Assembly (NCBI RefSeq): GCF_964204645.1
Contig: NC_134031.1
Location: 372,001-436,000 of the forward strand
DNA from: Tubulanus polymorphus
Taxonomy: Eukaryota > Animalia > Nemertea
Length of the DNA stretch: 64,000 nucleotides
Direction: 5' to 3'
Shown here: positions 35,501 to 47,900 of the stretch, piece after piece
Numbering within the stretch: the first letter of the stretch is position 1
How the letters are laid out: each line of letters starts with the position of its first letter
Position numbers and translations under genes: made by a program
The notes under the pieces: generated by a model
Seen by the model: the letters and a program-made list of their open reading frames with translations, nothing else
Database searches by the model: none
What the model was told of the DNA's origin: nothing

Positions 35501-38500
35501 ACCATGGACCCAAACGATTCGTTCCATGGACGAGGTAATCTTATTTCTCGGAATCATCAAGCTAAGACTGGGATATCTGGTTAACCTGTATCATCAGCAG
35601 AAACGTAGCTGTATATGTTAAATCATGAATAACGAACATGACAATTCTCCGGACGCGCACAAACAATTTATTAGTTTGATCGTCAGGCTATCAGCTCCAC
35701 TAGTACTGGTTATAACACGCCTGTGTCACATGAATTACTGAAGTTCTCTGTTAGTTCTTGTTGTAGAAATCTGATTCGCGCAACCTCATCCCACACTCAC
35801 CCGACACCCACCTCACGCCCTCCCCACACTCACCCGACACCCTCCCCACACTCACTTCACGCCCTCCCCACACTCACCCGACACCCACCTCACGCCCTCC
35901 CCACACTCACCCCACACTCACCTCACACCCTCCCCACACCCAAACGGCATTCTTTTATCTCTTCTCTTACACATCAAAAACGTTATTAAAACTCTTTTTG
36001 ATCATGGTTTATTTTTATCTACACTGAACTATCTAATCTACAGATAATACGGATGATTTGGTTGGTCAGATCTGGTTACACAGTCACGCCTCATGATTGA
36101 CTAATTTTCCTTTGTTCCAAACCTTTCATGTAGAATATCAAACAAAAATAGGTTTGAGTCAAACTTAAGAATAATGATGAAAATCCAGGCACCCAGTTGC
36201 CAAGTCATGACTTAAGGCTGAACCTAAGTAATTAGTTAGATTAGCGGTCGGACTAGGATTGTTTTGGTCAAGATCTAAGGACTATAGCAACAAATTCGGA
36301 TCGACAATAATAAACACGGTCCGTTATAATTTTATGTCAAACTGTGGTTTGGGTGACTGGCGGCTATTTTAAAATTCTTCATTTTCGAACGTGCAGGAAA
36401 CCGTTCCTTTCTAATGCCATTATTCACTAAACGCGAACATTTATCAGAGAACAAATCTTACTCAATCAAACTCAAATTCAATGGAAATTCTTTTTAACGC
36501 CGCCGAATTCTTTATAACGCCATATTTTTTTTCAGCGGTCCTATGACGTCATAACGCCGGGCTTTTATCATCATACGTATAATTCTTATGTTATGTTTAT
36601 AGCGGCAACTCCTCATCTAATAACCCGGTACACATCTAATATTCATGTCTGATTCTGTCTTTTTCTACATCGTTTATTTTATTTATGGTCCGTTAATGAC
36701 TACATATACCAAACCTCACTAGCCAGAGGCGACTTTGATGTCGTCGTAAGTCGCAGCAGTAGAGATTTAATTATGATTTGCGTTGATCGTTTATAACCGT
36801 CAAACACAGAGGAACGCGAGACTGCGCCGGTTCGTGTTGTCTCTGCTGTAAACAGTCAGCTAGCTGTACACAGCGCGTATTATCATTTACTGGAAAGATT
36901 AGAATTCTTCTTGCTGCAGAAAATCTTCAATCGCTAGAATTCTAGAAGAGAATTCAGACTAAATTGAAACAGCATCTCTCGAAATCAGATTTTAGACATC
37001 ATGCGTAGCTTTTGATGTTTTCAGACAACAGATTTTAGACTGCAGTTTTCAGACAACAGATCTTAGACTAGTTTTCAGACAACAGATTTTATACGTTCAG
37101 ACAACAGCTCTTAGACTGTAGTTTTCAGACAACGGATAAGAGTCTTCAGACAATTATATTCAAGGGTTTTAATGTCTAAAAGGAATTTCCAGATGGCGAT
37201 TCGCTTTCGACCTCAATGAATTACACTGTGAGACTTGTTTTTTAGATGTTTCTCTGAAGCAGTTTCTTCTACTTTAAAGCGATGCATTGTGGGAATACGT
37301 AGATAAGTATTTGCATGTTTTTTGAATATCTCCAGGGATTTTATTGCTGTTACTAGCCATACTTCGGCTTGTTCTCGCAGACATCGTTAACAAAAACAGA
37401 ACTTCCTTAAAAAACACGATTTGCGTAAGAAATTATAGATGGTGGAATCTGAGAGTTTGCGGCTCGGGTTTCACGGATAGAGAGATGGCTTTAAAGTATC
37501 AGTTTCGTGTTTCTAACAAACAAAAATCGTATTCTTTTCTGGCAACTTTCAACTCGCGTTTATTCCTGTTCCCTATACAATCATCGACTTCCCATTCATG
37601 GCTCACTCCCCACTCTCTCCCTCTCTCTCCCTCTCTCTCCCTCTCTCTCCCACTCTCTCCCTCTCTCTCCCACTCTATCCCTCTCTCCCACTCTCTCCCA
37701 CTCTCTCCCACTCTATCCCTCCCTCTCCCACTCTCTCCCACTCTCTCCCACTCTATCCCACTCTCTCCCTCTCTCTCCCTCTCTCTCCCACTCTCTCCCT
37801 CTCTCTCCCACTCTATCCCTCTCACCCTCTCTCTCCCACTCTCTCCCTCTCTCTCCCTCTCTCTCCCACTCTCTCCCTCTCTCTCCCACTCTATCCCTCT
37901 CTCCCACTCTATCCCTCCCTCTCCCACTCTCTCCCACTCTCTCCCACTCTATCCCTCCCTCTCCCACTCTCTCCCACTCTATCCCACTCTCTCCCTCTCT
38001 CTCCCTCTCTCTCCCACTCTCTCCCTCTCTCTCCCACTCTATCCCTCTCACCCTCTCTCTCCCACTCTCTCCCTCTCTCACCCTCTCTCTCCCACTCTCT
38101 CCCTCTCTCTCCCTCTCTCTCCCACTCTCTCCCTCTCTCTCCCACTCTATCCCTCCCTCTCCCACTCTCTCCCACTCTCTCCCACTCTATCCCACTCTCT
38201 CCCTCTCTCTCCCACTCTCTCCCTCTCTCTCCCTCTCTCTCCCACTCTCTCCCACTCTATCCCTCTCTCCCACTCTATCCCTCTCTCCCACTCTATCCCT
38301 CCCTCTCCCACTCTCCCAACCTCCTCCTTTCTCCTCTCATCTCACTTGACCCTGTTTCTTTAATCTCCCTTTCAAACTCTCTCCCTGTTTCTACCTTTCT
38401 TACCCCTTCTCCTTCTCTGTCTCATCTACCCCCTTGCTCCTTTCATCCTCTCCCCCTCGCTCCTTTCATCCTCTCCCCCTTCTGCCTTTCTTATGGTCTT

Positions 38501-38621
38501 TCTCTCCCATTGTGTCTCCTTCTCCTTCTCCTCTCTTTCTCTCTCTCTCACTCCCTCTCTCTCACACTCTCACTCTCTCTCTTCTCTTGACTCGAGTATC
38601 TCTATCTCACCGATGCCTCTC

Positions 38622-38652
<31 letters not shown>

Positions 38653-41600
38653 CAGCGAGTAGTTGTCAGTGACAGGTCCCCTGTGTATAGTATAAACCTC
38701 TCAGACAGGAGTATAACACACGCTGCAGAAACAATCTTATTAATGCAATATGCATGAATATAATAAATCTAATTGAAGCGCTACTGCTCATCATGCCTGA
38801 TGCGCTGTGTCACACCGTATTACACCGTGGCACACCGTGTCACACTGAGGCCCACCGTAGCACACCGTGGCACACCGTCTCACACTGAGGCCCACCGTGG
38901 CACACCGTCATCCTGTGATCATCCCGATCTCAGCTCAGCCAGTGCCCGCCCGCCTGCCTGGCCGTCCGCCCGCCGGCCTGCTCTCAGCTCACGCCAGTGC
39001 TGCCCGCCCGCCCGCCTGCTCGCTATCAACTGTCAGATGCCTGGATGACTGAATATTTAATGCGAATGCTCTTTACACCTGACAACAGCAGCGGAAGCAG
39101 CAGCAGCAGCAGCAGCAGCTACCGCGGGCAAAAACAGTAAAATAGAAAACGAGAAAGACTGCTTGTTTATTCAACCATACACAGACACCTCACTCAACCG
39201 TGACTTCTAGATCCTTCTTAAATAAACATAGCTTCTTCCATAATCCTCTAATGACGTCATTAATTACCATGGTGACGACATCGTATTCACTATAACCATT
39301 ATAGAAATTTTGTTTTTTTGCTGCAAATCATTTTTGAACAATTCGATGACGTCATAACGGGATTTTCTGAGTTTAATCTTGGTGTTTATGAAACTGCGAC
39401 GTTGATACAAAAAATAACAACAATGCGGTTTGAAGTTTTTTTTCTTGAATTCTTGTTCAGGGGGTGGTTCCGGTTCCGGTTCCATATGGATGGCACGATT
39501 TTTAAAATCGGCTCCGTTACAGTTAACTTCCGGTAAAACCACTCTCACGTCTGGTGAACGCTTGGAGACGGTTGCTAAGCATTCGGGCGTTAAGTTTAAT
39601 TGTGTTTGGATGACGTAAAAATCGTCTGAAATGTTTTCCAGAGAGCAGTTAAGTGTTTTTGACGTTTGAAATGGATATTTCTTATTCACGACGACTGATT
39701 CTGTTACTGCGTAAATGAAAGACTTGTTTCATATAATCGGGAAACTCAACGGTATCTTTAAACAATTCGAGTTTTCATATCTGAAACCGACATCTATTTC
39801 ACTGTATCTTTTTACTTTTATGGTTTTTCACATGTAAAACAATGAGGACATTTAGAAATTTTTTGATTCTCGCTGAGACTTTATTTACAATTTCACCTGC
39901 CTCGACAGTTGTGACATCTTTACAGGGGAACTGACTCACAGTCGGTCCAGGGTCGAATATGAACTGACAGTTCATTCTTTGATAAATTCTCTCGATCGAA
40001 TTCTACCATAAACGTGACAATAATCTCCTGCATGAGATAAGACAAGAGTCTGCAGTTGCTTAAGAGTTAAAGTTGAAACAGTGGACAAAATGAAGCGACA
40101 AATTTAACCCAATTCGCCTGTTCTTTCCGCAATCCAACGTTTGAGCAACTCATGGACCTGGGCCCTGTTTCACAAAACAGTTGACTCTCAAATCGATTCA
40201 GAATTTAATGATATTTGTGTTACTTTGTGAAAATGACCCCCGGGGTGGTGAGTACAGTGAAACTGACCCCCGGGGTGGTGAGTACTTTGAAAATGACCCC
40301 CGGGGTGGTGAGTACTGTGATATTGGTATTATGTATAGGAACATTGACGGATTCATGTCGCGTGTTATTAGTGATGAGTCATTAATTACCAGATTAGTCT
40401 CTGCGTCTCTGATATCATCATTCACTTGTCTCTCGTCTGCTGCTCGTGCTGAATTCCGGTAACTCCCTGAATTCCGGAATAAATTCTTCTATCCGATATG
40501 TAACAACACACTGTGATCACAGTGATCACAGTCACAGTGATCACATTGTGATCACACCCCGACACAGAGACTCACTATACTACTGCATAATTACATCTAT
40601 TCAATCTCTACATTCCTTCCTCTCCCTCTCCTCTTACATTCCCTTTCCTCTTACATTCCCTTTCCTCTTCCATTCCCTCTCCTCTTCTCTATCCTCTCCT
40701 CTCCTCGATCACCTCTGTCAGATCCTATCTCATATGTCTACTCTCTCCCTCTGTTCTCCTCTCCGCTCTTTCTCTCCCTTTCCCCACCCCTCTATCCCTC
40801 ACCCCCTCAATAAATACTCCGAAGAGCTGTTCAATATCTGAATCACAGAATATTTCAGTCAAATGTGAAAACAATCACTAAAGTCATAAGTTCTTACATG
40901 CGCGCAATGAATGGAATATTCTGTAAGCGATAAGTTCTAGAAGTTTCTCAGTAAAAACTGTGTACGGTATTTTTCTGATGTAGTCTCAACGCTGCACTTA
41001 GTTTCAGTAGCAGCAGTAGCGGCAGTGCAGTAGTAACGGTAATTCATGAATATGAAATGAGATTCCATCAGTGAAGTATCGCCACCGAGAAATCCCTGGA
41101 TTTACTGACATCTGATTCCAAAAATATTGCCCGAATCTCCGCAGGGAATCAAAAACCGACGAGACTTTAATGAAATGGTTACAAGCAGAAACTCGAGCGA
41201 GGCGCAGAAATTAGGCTAATAGGGGTAGGCGAAAAAGTCGCAGCGACAAACGCCATGCTAGTTACTCGAGGAATAAATCCAAATCGGATTATTATTTACA
41301 CCGGCTATATTCAATCTCTGCCTCTCCAATAACAACTAAATCCTGATGTTCTCGGGATCAGATTCCGCGCGCTGTTCGACCGGCCGGCCACGTTATATAT
41401 AGATTAATGATATTCCTTTAGAGTTGCAGATTATAACATGAAGTATTAATACTAAACTTAATATCAACGCAAAAATACATTGAAATTCAGAAAATTACGA
41501 ACAATATTTTTATCATCTACGTATTATCAAACTAGACTAATATTTATTTACAAGACGGACTCCTCCGCGGTTTAACAGTGGTATTTGTGAGGTAGAGGGA

Positions 41601-41911
41601 ATATTTTGGATCAGCAATGGCGCAGTTTTATTCGTGGAAATCATGAATGAAACCACCGACGCACTCTGAAGAGACAATGACACCTGTCTGACACCTGTCT
41701 ATCGGGAGGAGTGTTAGTACCGGTCAGTGCGACCCTGGATGGACCGACCCTGGGGGTTAAGATGTTGTAGTTTAGTAAGGATCAGCTCCGGTGGTGTTAC
41801 TGCTGGTGCTGATGCTGCTGGTGGTGCTGCTGCTGTTGCTGCTGCTGGTGCTGGTGCTGTTGCTGCTGCTGGTGGTGGTGGTGGTGGTGGCGGTGGTGGT
41901 GGTGGAGGTGG

Positions 41912-41973
<62 letters not shown>

Positions 41974-44900
41974 TTGTGTATCGGCAGCATTTTAGTAGTT
42001 CATGTTCCTCATTATTCATAGTTATATAATATTGACCAATCTCTTGACAGATGATATTATTGCGACTCGTGTTGATATGTGATCAGAATATGAGACTATA
42101 TTTTAATAATTCCGCTCTCCGCTAATGTCACACAGTCTGAGATACGTATCGGAGCTATTCTCTTTTTTACTGGTTATTATTGCCTCAAAGGCACGCATGC
42201 GCGATATGAAATCTTCGTTAAGTCTTAATTAGTTTTTGTGTTGACAATGTTTAATATCGGCGGCGTCGTCACGCATGCGCAGTCGACGGTGATTAACGAT
42301 TAAGTGAGACTTTATTAGAAATGATTCATTCTTATGAAATTATTGGTAATTTGGAAATAAACCGCTTTTCGCGCAAGTTATAAATAGTAACATCAGTAAA
42401 ATTACTTTAATACAGTTAGAACTGTCTGTGGGTTTCATTTGACTGTGGACCCAGTTCCACAGTTGTGTGGGTTTCATCTGACTCTGGACCCAGTTCTACA
42501 GTTGTGTCTACCTCCACGGTGGACTGACTGGTAGAATATCCCTGTAGTAGCGGTACTGTGCGCGTAGTACTGTAATGTGAGAGTCTCGTCTCTCGATCAG
42601 GTCTCTCTCTCTCTCTCTCTGTTGTCTGTTTACGCGCAGTAAAACATGTCGTTTTCACATCAACTTTGTTTCTTGACACGATTTTCCACTTTCTTCATTC
42701 AGTAGCAGGTGCCCGGAACAGGTGCTCGTTGTGAACATTCATCAGATTCAGAATTCATAAACGATAAAAAAAAACATCACCAGAACTGGGTCGAGGGTGT
42801 GTGTGTGAGGGGGGGGGGGTCGAGGGTGAGAGGGGCGGGAGTCGAGGGGGAGGAAGGGGAGCTTGTTCAATCTCCGCGTACGGATAAGAATATTATGATT
42901 CTGCATTTCTGTATGTCCAACTCACCCAACCGGGCTTTGTTTTTGTAACACTATTTCAATGTTAATGTGAAATGTAAATATCTATGATTTACATCATTTA
43001 GAATCTTTCTCTTTGGCCACAAAATTGATTAAGAATGAGTAATCTAGTTAATGTACCTCTATAGAATCATTCGGAAATTCATATTATTCCAGAATCAATT
43101 TAAGAGTTGTCGACCTGTGATAAGAGTAAAATTGTTGCTCTATCACCGAGGCTGTAATGATTTTAATGTGAAGGTCCCGGGTTCGAGTCAATGGGACCCT
43201 GTAATGATTTTAGTGTGGAGGTCCCGGGTTCGAGTCAATTGGACCCTGTAATGATTTTAATGTGGAGGTCCCGGGTTCGAGTCAATGGGACCCTGTAATG
43301 ATTTCAGTGTGGAGGTCCCGGGTTCGAGTTAATGGGACCTTAATTACGCCAATTTCTAATTAGTGACCTGTATAAAGGATACGGTGTATTATTTCTGTTG
43401 ATATATCAGGTTTGAATACAGGTGAATGAGAGCCTCTGTCAGTGTATAGTTTTTACCCGAGTTGAAAGGCGGCTGTGTTTTTTCTGAAGTATATGATCAA
43501 TATTCCTATTTGCCTTATAGCTATACTTCACTAGCAGAAGATTGATATTAACAGCCAATTCCACCCAGTCCGTTACAGCCGACCGCCTCTGACTCAGTAC
43601 ACCCCACCAGACGTCTTACAAAGCATCTATTTACTCATTCAATTATTACGTTCTACTTCATACAGAAATACCGTTAAACCCGATACAGATGATGTGATCT
43701 GTTTGAATTATAGTTTCATTATTTAGAATATTCTACAGCAAAAATAATGTAAGCTTGATATACATGTATATGATTTAATATTCTAACTGAATTCAGCAAC
43801 AGCAGCTGCAGCAGCGAAAAAGCAATACTGTTGCGAATTTATGAATTTGTAAATTCTATTTCTCTGGGAATTAGTAGAGGCGGGAGGGGGTGGGGTGGTC
43901 TGCTTATAGTACCGATTTACTAAATAATTCGACTATTTTATAACAATCAAATCCGGCAAACAGTAAAACTGTATATCTAGGAATATAAACTGGTTTTTAT
44001 GGTCGCTGTGGGGTTTTAAACTATATTTCTCATAGAGCAGCATCAGTATACGTCGACCCTAGAGTGAAATTAAAACAAACCTCTATAAACTAGGTTCGTT
44101 TAGTTCAGAACCATTTACGGACAGACTGAATTATTGCCTGTTTATATATCGACGTGTGTTACTGGATCTATTTGGTCCTATCCAACAGGTCCACACTAAC
44201 AAATGGATATCAGCTCCGACTTGTGAAGTCTATACGCCGGGTTCTCGTGGGTCCTCGTCCTCCAGGTCTATTCGGTCCGATCCAACAGGTCCACACTAAT
44301 TAGTGGATATCAGCTCCGACTTGTGAAGTCTATACGCCGGGTTCTCGTGGGCTACATTTCTATCCAGTGCTCATCATACATCTAACATTCTAATAACGTC
44401 TTCGTGTGATCTTAGATACGATTATGATAATTGGGTTTAAATAAGTTTAATAACAGACGTATTTAATTTGAGAATCGTGGCGATTTACGTAGGTGAATTT
44501 ACCCGATGGGATCTAGTGATTAGTATGCCGTGCTGTGATACTCTATAAGATGAAAGTGTCTATTATTGAAATTGGTTGCGTCTCGCGACTGGAGCGGTGC
44601 CTCTCTCGCCCCCTCTCTCGCCCTCTCTCACCCCCTCTCCCCCTCTCACCGTCTCATACATCTACAAACTACTAAAATGTCTATAACTTGAATATTTATG
44701 CGTTCGTCTGTTGAGAGTTCAGAGTCTGAAGCTTTCACTGATCTCTCTCATCGCCCGGTATAAAACCATTAACGCTGTGTTACAAATAACAATTCACTGG
44801 CTGTAATTGTGACGTAACAATCTCCATCCCTCCCCTTTCCTCCTGCAGTTACAATAACACCCCCCCCCCCTCCTCCACCCACTGTATAAATACGTGTCTC

Positions 44901-47900
44901 ATTTATATAACTACAACGACGTAGCCGGGAAATTTCCATTGTAATCTATTTCCTTCTCATCTCCTCTCTCCTCTCTCCTCGCTCCTCTCCCCCTCCTCTC
45001 TCCTTCTATATCTCTCCTCTCTCCTTTTTTCTCTCTACTCTCCTCTCTCCTCTCTCTCCTCTCCCCTCTCCTCTCTCTCTCTCCTCTCACCTCTCTCCTC
45101 TCCTCACTCCTCTCTCTTCTCTCTCTCCTCTCTCCTCTCTCCTCTCCCCTCTCTCTCCTCTCTCCTCTCTCCTCTCTCCTCTCTCCTCTCTCCTCTCTCC
45201 TCTCTCCTCTCTCCTCTCCCCTCTCCTCTCCTCTCCTCTCTCCTCTCTCCTCTCTCCATCTATCTCTCCCTCTATATCCCTCCTCTCTCCTCGCTCCTCT
45301 CCTCTCTCCTCTCTCCTTCTATATCTCTCCTCTCTCCTTTTTTCTCTCTACCCTCCTCTCTCCCGTCTCTCCTTTTAAAACATGCAGATGACTTCACAAA
45401 CTTGACTAATACAAATTTTCCGAATCGTTTTAGATATTTCTATGTAAATGAAGATGTTTTTTTTGCGTCGCTTTAGATTGGATCGTTCCCGGTATTCCAG
45501 TAATAATCTATACACGGATCTATTGAGAGTATCTTATGGAGATCTCTGAGATATTTGATGATTCGCGACCAACCGTTTCTCGCTACTTAGAGATAAAAAC
45601 GGAACTTCGCATCTATAAACTCATAATATTCGGATATATATTCGGATATATATTCGGATATATATTAACGGTTGCCGATAGATATGAATACAGTGTCGCA
45701 GTCAGATGAAATGTATATCGATGGATGAAATGATGTATGTTTTTGTCACGCAATCTGAACACGCAATATCTCATCCTCTGCACTTACATAGAGAGAGACT
45801 TCATCCTCGCCTGCCAGGGACAGTGTGTTAGTGTTTATCAGCACAAATTACTGAGCTCTGAACTTCCGAGCACCCACCTCCCCCTCCCCCACCTCCCCAG
45901 CGCGCGAGCCTTCAACAGATCATTCAAAAATGACGATGATTGATGAAATAACTGGTGCCTATGATATGTTCATTCTCGGTTTCACATTCATCTGTTCAAT
46001 TCATTTTGTCTCTTATGAATTATTTTCACGCTGTCAAAAAGGGCGGCGGATCTAGGACTTTTCAAACGGGCTGGAACTGGAAATTTGACTGGGCTACTTT
46101 TTGGTTATTGGCTTCAACCATCGGAGATGTGTGTGGGCCATCCCCAACAAACACTCTAAAATACGAAGTGAAGTTTTCCTGGCTTCTTGGGGCGCATGTA
46201 ATTTCTTTGAAAGGGTGCACCTTTAAGAGCGTGAACCGGTCCTAAATCCGTCTTTACTATCATCTTATCCTGAATACTGTTTTACACATCTTTCGTTACA
46301 GAACCAGTACCGGAACCGTCTGCGCCGGTGGCCTTGAACTTCCATTCGGCTAATGTGACGTACAGTAGTTTTAACGTGACGTGGAGGAGACCTCACAAAC
46401 ATTACGGAACCAGTGACGTCAAAGATTACATTCTCCATTACTATCTTACTAAAGATACCAACGATGGTAAAACTATCCAATATTTTAACTGAAACATTTT
46501 CTAGATACCGTATTTCAAAAAATTATCTAAACATCAAACAACATCAATTATATATATATATATCAGGTGTAATGTATGTATCAGGTATCAAGATTTAAAA
46601 CACATTTTTAATGAAACTGATAACTATTTTAGCTCAAGGGAATATTGTATTTTAAACTATTTGTAACGTTGAATATTTTTCTGTAAAGCGCTCCGAGTCA
46701 TTATGAGATTTTAGCGTTATATAAAAATAGATTTTATTATTATTATCATTATCTTTATCATGATAATTGTTATTACTATTATCATTATTATTATGGAATG
46801 GGTTTTTAGCTTCCTACAAAATATGAGATGAATTCTATTTCATATATGTTTTAACGGATGACGATTGTAATTTCACGTGTGTTGTTTGTTTACACAGATA
46901 CATTACATCACCGTGTTTTACTGGGAGCCAATGAAACGTGGTACGTGATCTCTGAAGTGAGATCGGGAACCAGCTATTCGGCACATCTCATCACCAGATT
47001 CGCGGCGAATTCGAGGAATCCATCGCTCACTTCTATCACTCGCAATATCGATGTTCTGACGAAAGGTTTTGGACCCGATCATCGTAAGTAACGAGAGTTG
47101 AATCGATATAGAAAATTGAAATTGAATAAATCTTGTATTCGATGATTATAACATATTTGATACGGATGTGTCTATAGACGATCAGGGCGATTTAGAAATA
47201 TCAATTTCAAGTTAAAAGTATCGTAAACATCCGTATGATAGATATCTGCTTCATTACATAGAGTAAACTCTACTTTAGAAGACAGCTTTTTTGGAAGATT
47301 TCACCGAGTTGAGAATCAGGGAACTCAATAGAATTTAAGGGAAATAGAAGGTCTTTTGATCTGTTGAGTGGTTTCCCGGAAAACAGTCCATTGTATGCTG
47401 AAGAAACCAATTTCTTAGAAACTTCAGAAATTTTCTTATCTAACCTGAAATAGAACGATAACCACACTCAAACGTGGTGAACGGATAATACGATAAAAAC
47501 CTACTATCTACAGATTAAAAGAATTTAAATACAAGAATTTATTTATTCAATCTAAAATATATAGAATACACGATGTTCTCACACCTGCCGATGATCTCTA
47601 GGGTGAGATCGAAACGTCGTGTATTCTATATATTTTAGATTGAATAAATAAATTCTTGTTTCTAAATTCTTTTAATTTGTAGATAGTGGGTTTTTATCTT
47701 ATCAACTTGAAATGTTTGTTTGTTTGTGTTTTGTAGCGTGTCCCTGTGACGCTCACGGGGCTGTGAATAAGTCACTATGCGACCAGGTAACCAGTCACTG
47801 TATGTGTAGAAGCGCTTACGAAGGAGCCCACTGCGAGAGATGCGTTACCGGGTTTTACCGCTTCAGAAATAAACCGTGTCAACCGTGTCCGTGTGATAGG

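Noticed and set aside
37344-38757. ORFs of 280-339 aa rich in Ser/Leu/Pro, and similar ones at 2207, 32169, 34444, 41714, 48441, 57664
   Set aside because: Stop-free microsatellite or minisatellite translations.
30032-46301. Known miRNA or snoRNA genes in the large intron
   Set aside because: I recognised no conserved mature miRNA or box C/D layout by eye; an Rfam/MirGeneDB search is needed to exclude them.
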